Shown: piece by piece, positions 58,879 through 64,000 of the stretch | Numbering within the stretch: position 1 is the first letter of the stretch | How the letters are laid out: each line of letters begins with the position of its first letter | Assembly: GCA_012295275.1 (NCBI GenBank) | Contig: CM022669.1 | Span: 2,542,001 to 2,606,000, forward strand | DNA from: Chrysomallon squamiferum | Lineage: Eukaryota > Animalia > Mollusca | Direction of reading: 5' to 3' | DNA length: 64,000 nt | The notes under the pieces: model-generated | Databases searched by the model: none | Told to the model about the DNA's origin: nothing | Seen by the model: the letters and a program-made list of their open reading frames with translations, nothing else | Translations under genes and position numbers: made by a program

Positions 58879-61800
58879 GTGTGTGCATGTGCACGTGCAT
58901 GCAGGCAAGAGACCATGAGTTTTTGATATTTTACAATAGAATACTTGTATTAGATATTGTGTAAATATAGCAAAGTTCTTTGCACACCTTGATTCAACAA
59001 ATGTTTCTGTTTTAAATTTTATTTTGCAGAAGAAAGGGCACAGAAGACAAATAGTACTGATGACAGTGATAGATTAAGGTGTGTTATTTTTTTCATACAT
59101 ATATGCAGTGATACATAAAAACATACACACATACTGCTGTCATTTACTTAAACTTTAAAAATATTTTCAGTTTGTTTTGCCAAATGAAAAATGATCAAAT
59201 AATTGTATATTATTTTGAAATTAATTTATTATGATTATTGTTATAATTATTCAGTCCTGAAATCCCTGTGCAGAGTGAAAACCCAGCGCAGTCTGTTGTG
59301 AGAACACCAAGTAAAACACATTACGCCAGTAAACTGGAGATAGGTAGCAGTGGTTCTTTTCTACACATAATTCACAACAATACTTGTTTATCCAGATATT
59401 TAAAAAAAAAAAATAATCAATTGCTTTTTTCTAGATGTCTTATCATTATTACACTTTTAAGTTTGAAACAGTAATGCTGATTGCTTATGTAGGTGATTCA
59501 TATCAAAACAGAATCTTTTATATAGTTCTTAAAAAAGTGTTATTAAAATTATTATTGCAAATAATACTTAATTACACATACTTAAGATATATTTTGTATT
59601 AAACTCACAAACTAACCTTTGCTAATAATAAAGTTTTAGAGTAAATATATCATCAGTTTGCACAAATACAGGTACACTTTAACCTTTGATGTTTTGTAAG
59701 AAGTTTATTAAAAAGTTTATTATTATTTGTTCTTGTTTCCAGGTGCTGCTGTTATGGCCAGGTGGAAAGATGGGTTTTATTACCCAGGCAGAATTGTCAA
59801 AATGAAGGATCCAATAAAGTAAGATCAATGTATTTAAATAGTTGTGATGCAGGAATAGTCTCATTACGTCTGATCTTTAACAGAAGCATGTGTAGAACAT
59901 GTCATTCAAATGTACCCTTGGCAATACAAATTTATTGTTATCATAACTTTCTGCAGTATAAGACAGAAAAACTATGATATTGTTACATTTTACCTTTTCA
60001 TTCACAACAGAAGTCATGACATCACTGCATACAAAATTGTCTAAAACTGTAAAAGAAACTTTAGGGCAAAATGGTCCACCTTGTACATTATGACAGCACA
60101 TCAAAGGAAAAATGATGACAAACAAATATTTTTCGACTTCACGTTTTTGTTGTTCACTTAATTACTGATTAAAGTACTATATATAAAATGTTCATATCAT
60201 TCCAAAAATACAATGCTACAGTAATATTCTGATGTACATATTCTTGTATTGTCTTACTGTTACATTTATTATGTATAAAAGAATGTAAAAGTGAAAACCT
60301 TTTGTTATTTAATTGCAGATATCATATCACATTTGATGATGGTGACTGTATGGTGGTGAAAGTGCAGGACATCTTGTTAATAGAACAGCTGCCAGTTGGT
60401 CTCAGTGTGATGGTCATGTCACAAGATGGCTTCTTTGAGTGTGGACTGATTGTTGAGCATCAGCACAATGAAGACACAATGACGTACAAAGTGGAATGTG
60501 ATAATGGCTCCACTAAAATGTTTGTTAATTGTTGGTTTTTAATTGCTTTCAAAATTGTCATTGTTCATTTATTTTTTTTATTTTTTTAGTTACAATTCTG
60601 AATCCAGATATGAATAATTTAATGCATAATAAAGAAATACTAATAAATTTTACAGTGTGTATTGATTTTATTAATACTGTAAGTTTCACATAGAAGTTTT
60701 ATTTAGTAATACTTTCTGTGCAGGTGTTCAAGAAGTGAGATAATTCTGAGTGAAGATCAGGCATCATGTTTAATGAGTGATGAAGAAGTTAGGATTGCTG
60801 TTTCAACTCCAGTTAGTTCAAAAAGCAAATCTGCTGTCTCACTTGGTAAATTGTTTTATTTAGATTCTTGTGACTTGTTTCCATGAAGTCACTGATAATG
60901 ATCACAACTGCATGTTTTTTATAACATCTTCAATTTTTTCCTTGTTCTGAGTTTCTACAATCATTTTAGCAATTTAAAAAAAAGGTTTTGTTTTTTGTTT
61001 TTTTTCCAGTTTATTAAAAATATGTATTGTCTGTAGGGGAAAACCCTAAACCATCACATTACGTGTGTTGGTTACATTTATTGATAATTCTTAGTTAATT
61101 TGAATTCCATAAACTTTATGAGTCATTAAACTGTCGATTTTAAAACTTATTCAGTTAACAACTTTATGTACTCATATGGCTAATATTTATGTAAAGAGAA
61201 CTAATGTATTGTGAAATAGTAACTAATATAATGAAACTTTCTGTTAACAGATAATTTAGTTGATGGTCCAAGACGTTCAGCGTCCAAGGTGAGGGATACA
61301 GACAACACATCACCAAGAAAGAAGAAAAATCCAGTAAGAATGAAGTCTTTAGAAAACACTGAAGCTAAGACCTCACAGAGCACAGACAGACAGACAAAAA
61401 GAAGAGTCCGCAGCTTGAAGGCAGCCAGCACACCAACTCCTAATAAAGGCAAACGAGCTGTTACCAAGGAAAAAGGTATTGAGTTTCTATGGTAACACTA
61501 TTTTTAATAATTTTGTCAGTTGGTCCTGTCGTACTCATTTAGTCTGCTTCCGTTTAGGTGTAAATTAATTTATGACAAGAAATGTTTTTGTTAAACCTGC
61601 TGTGATGTTGTTTAATATATTGAAGTAGCAATTTTACTACAAGAAGATATTTCCTCCATTTCAAATGATTAAAAATAAATAAATAAGTAATTTAGAGTAT
61701 TTGTGCTGTAGATTTTCTTGTAGAAGTCCTGGCATGAAATGTGACACATCCAACACAGCCTTGACTATTCAGTATGGCTATTTCATGTTCTAGTTAGAGC

Positions 61801-63190
61801 TGTCTGTATATGAGAACCATCTTTGTTTTAAAATTTAGTAGCTGATAGAAAATTTAAAGTTCTCTATTATTGTTGTTAAGTTTGAAAATTAAACTGATAT
61901 ATTTTATTAGATGAAACTCCTAAAAAGGCATCTGAAAAAACTCCTACAAAAGTGAAACGACCACTTAGCTGTCAGTCTGAAAGTGCTGGAGATGGTTTTG
62001 TCCATTCCCCCATGTTTGTACACAGAGAAAGAAAGAAAAAAACAGGTTATTTTTTATTTGTTTCTGTTTAAAATATAAATTATAATGACATGTACTGTAG
62101 GGTATTTATATAGAAAGAAATATGGATTGACAAATAAAACTACTTTATAATATATATGTTGCTGGTTTCAATATATTTATTTTAGAAAAATTAATACGGC
62201 TGAATGACAGTGTGATAATCTTGTTTTTTTAAATTTATTTATTATTAATTTACATCATAACAGCAATTTTCAGCATATAATACTTATACTTATTAAATAA
62301 TAACTAATTACTGTTAATATACAGTGGTACCTAGACTTACAAGTGCCCCAGCTTACAAGTTTTTTGAGTTACAAGCAGTTGCCCAGTCGATTTTTTGCTT
62401 TGAGTTTGAGTTATGAGTGATCTTGAGCTACACCGCTGCTTGTTGGCACAAAGAACAACACAACATCCACCCAGCATCCTGTCTCACTCCTTTATTTCAC
62501 ATGGTTACCTCGCTGCAGACTATCTCAGTTGTGTTGTGCTCATGTTTTATGTAGTATTTTGCCAAATGTCTTTTTTCTGACCATGAGTGCACTTTCTAAG
62601 AAAGTGAGTGCAAAGGACAGTACTGAGAAGAAGAAATGGATGATGTCCATTGAATTAAAGCTTGAATTCATAGAAAAACGCAAGCGAGATTTGCAAGTAG
62701 TCGACTTGGCTAGGCAGTATGAGCGTAGTACTTCTACGATACCATATGAGATATGAGCTCAGACATGGAACAAATTAAACTCGTAAGTCACAGTACCACT
62801 GTATTTTACAAAAAACTTAAAACAAATCTAAGACAGAATTATGAAGTGGAGTTATATTAACAGTATTACTGTAATTATCTTTTTATCTGTTGTTTTATAT
62901 TAAAGCTTAATAATAAACAATGTTTAGAGAATACATTTTAAAAAAAATAATTAAAAGGTTTATAATAGTAATATTGTGCAGGTGACATCAGCTTTTTTTA
63001 TTTTGTGTTTTAGGTGTGACAGCAGAATCATCAACCACTACAACATCAGAACCTCCACAATCAAAGATTTTTGCAGGGATGGTTTTTCTTCTGAGTCATG
63101 TGTACAAATCAGTTGAGCAGAAGGAACAGGAAAAGAAGATTCTGGAAGATTCGTCACTAGAAACATCCACAGATGAGAATGTTCTGGAAG
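46138..63190 (+). CDS. TP53BP1: p53-binding protein 1 (53BP1), 3'-partial, continuing beyond the window
   Basis: Exons 46138-46260, 46799-46856, 47250-47316, 47755-47819, 48151-48193, 48940-48998, 49417-49507, 49973-50055, 50662-50696, 51116-51232, 51797-51842, 52271-52339, 52585-53016, 53585-53672, 54127-54224, 55055-55163, 55451-55496, 56054-56470, 56696-56946 (frame problem), 57316-57428, 57741-57890, 58143-58794, 59030-59078, 59255-59343, 59743-59818, 60319-60519, 60724-60845, 61251-61475, 61911-62045, 63014-63190. Motifs IVVDSQ, IIPNSPT, FHLSLPKEG, SGDLGDISS, tandem Tudor VMARWKDGFYYPGRI..FDDG, UDR VSLDNLVDGPRR, BRCT start IFAGMVFLLS. Small N-terminal exons are less certain. Confidence 0.92.
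52643..53010 (+). repeat. Coding 51-bp (17-aa) tandem repeat, 7 copies, with 102-bp higher-order period
   Basis: E(Q/K)KKSKS(M/T)SQPE(M/I)SE(K/E)(M/I) units alternating MSQ and TSQ within exon 52585-53016. Confidence 0.95.
58813..58875. repeat. (GA)n and (TG)n microsatellites
   Basis: Directly visible. Other simple repeats at ~2569-2598, 6484-6531, 18780-18813, 21573-21616, 28740-28930, 32190-32228, 34726-34758, 44575-44612, 49654-49686, 50504-50555. Confidence 0.9.
62322..62801 (+). mobile_element. Non-autonomous Tigger/pogo element with transposase HTH remnant, in a TP53BP1 intron
   Basis: TA flanks 62320-1 and 62802-3. TIRs CAGTGGTACCTAGACTTAC / GTAAGTCACAGTACCACTG. Internal KKVSAKDSTEKKKWMMSIELKLEFIEK..VVDLARQYERSTSTI (CENP-B/psq HTH). 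Confidence 0.9.
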
Positions 63191-64000
63191 GTATGCTATG
63201 GTCAGCTGGTGAGATGTTATTTAACAATAAGTTTTGTCTTGTACAGTAATCAATTGATAAAAGATTATTAAAAAATGTATTGATCATGGCAACCATAGAT
63301 GTTTCAGACAAAGATATTTTAATTTTCTTAAGCAAACTAACTTACTGATTTTACTGATTCAATAACATGAGTCCATGGCCAAATTGAGTAAAATTACAGT
63401 GCTCATTATGTTTTTTCAATGTAATTTACAGAAGAGTCATTCTTTTCATATGACAAAAGCTATCTGAAGACAGAAATTGAAAAAGCTTCTGGAACAATTT
63501 TAGAAAAATATGATAAATCCAAGGTATTTCAGTCTTTTTATTTAATGTTAGTTTTACTAGCACTTTAAACCTACAAAATAAAAACCTGTGCATAATAAGA
63601 TTAATATCATTTAAACTCACCAGTATTTTAGATTTATAAATATGCTTCATTTAACATATTATAACGTATTAAACAGTATTATGACTTAATTATAAATTAA
63701 TCATACATAATTTCTAGGATTAGACATATAGTTTGTTTTCAACAGAGAAAAGTACTTGATAGCAAGTTTAGTAGATTTAGTTTTAATATAGTGAAGTATA
63801 GTGTGGTATAGTATGGTATAGTGTGGTTTCATGCAGAACAGCATAGTAAGGTTCAGTTACAGAGCAGTTAATTTTAGTACTGTATAATATACTTTAAGAA
63901 TAAATAGTGTAATATAGTTGTAGTTCAATACACTACTGTGTAGTTTTAAATATTTAACAAAAGTCCTGTTATATTTGATAATTTGTTCTACCACATCTTT

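Overview
AT-rich, intron-containing animal genomic DNA. It is probably a gastropod or other mollusc, inferred from the SINE/LINE remnants and protein divergence. No prokaryotic features are present. Gene order, from exons I spliced by hand: last exon of CFAP53 (+); complete 11-exon IDH3A (+, 363 aa); TNFAIP8/TIPE (+, start codon apparently split by an intron); complete 5-exon RPS6 (-, 247 aa, with 5'TOP); and, head-to-head with RPS6, the 5' part of TP53BP1 (+, running off the window at the first BRCT). Mobile DNA comprises a decayed RNase H-containing LINE, two Tigger/pogo derivatives, a hAT-like MITE and SINE remnants. The most notable item is a ~5.5 kb decayed DNA transposon in RPS6 intron 1. 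It has long modular inverted repeats and a D..D..CxxH transposase that I cannot assign to a superfamily, ending in a Spindlin/Tudor-like domain. All homology calls are from recalled motifs, not searches.
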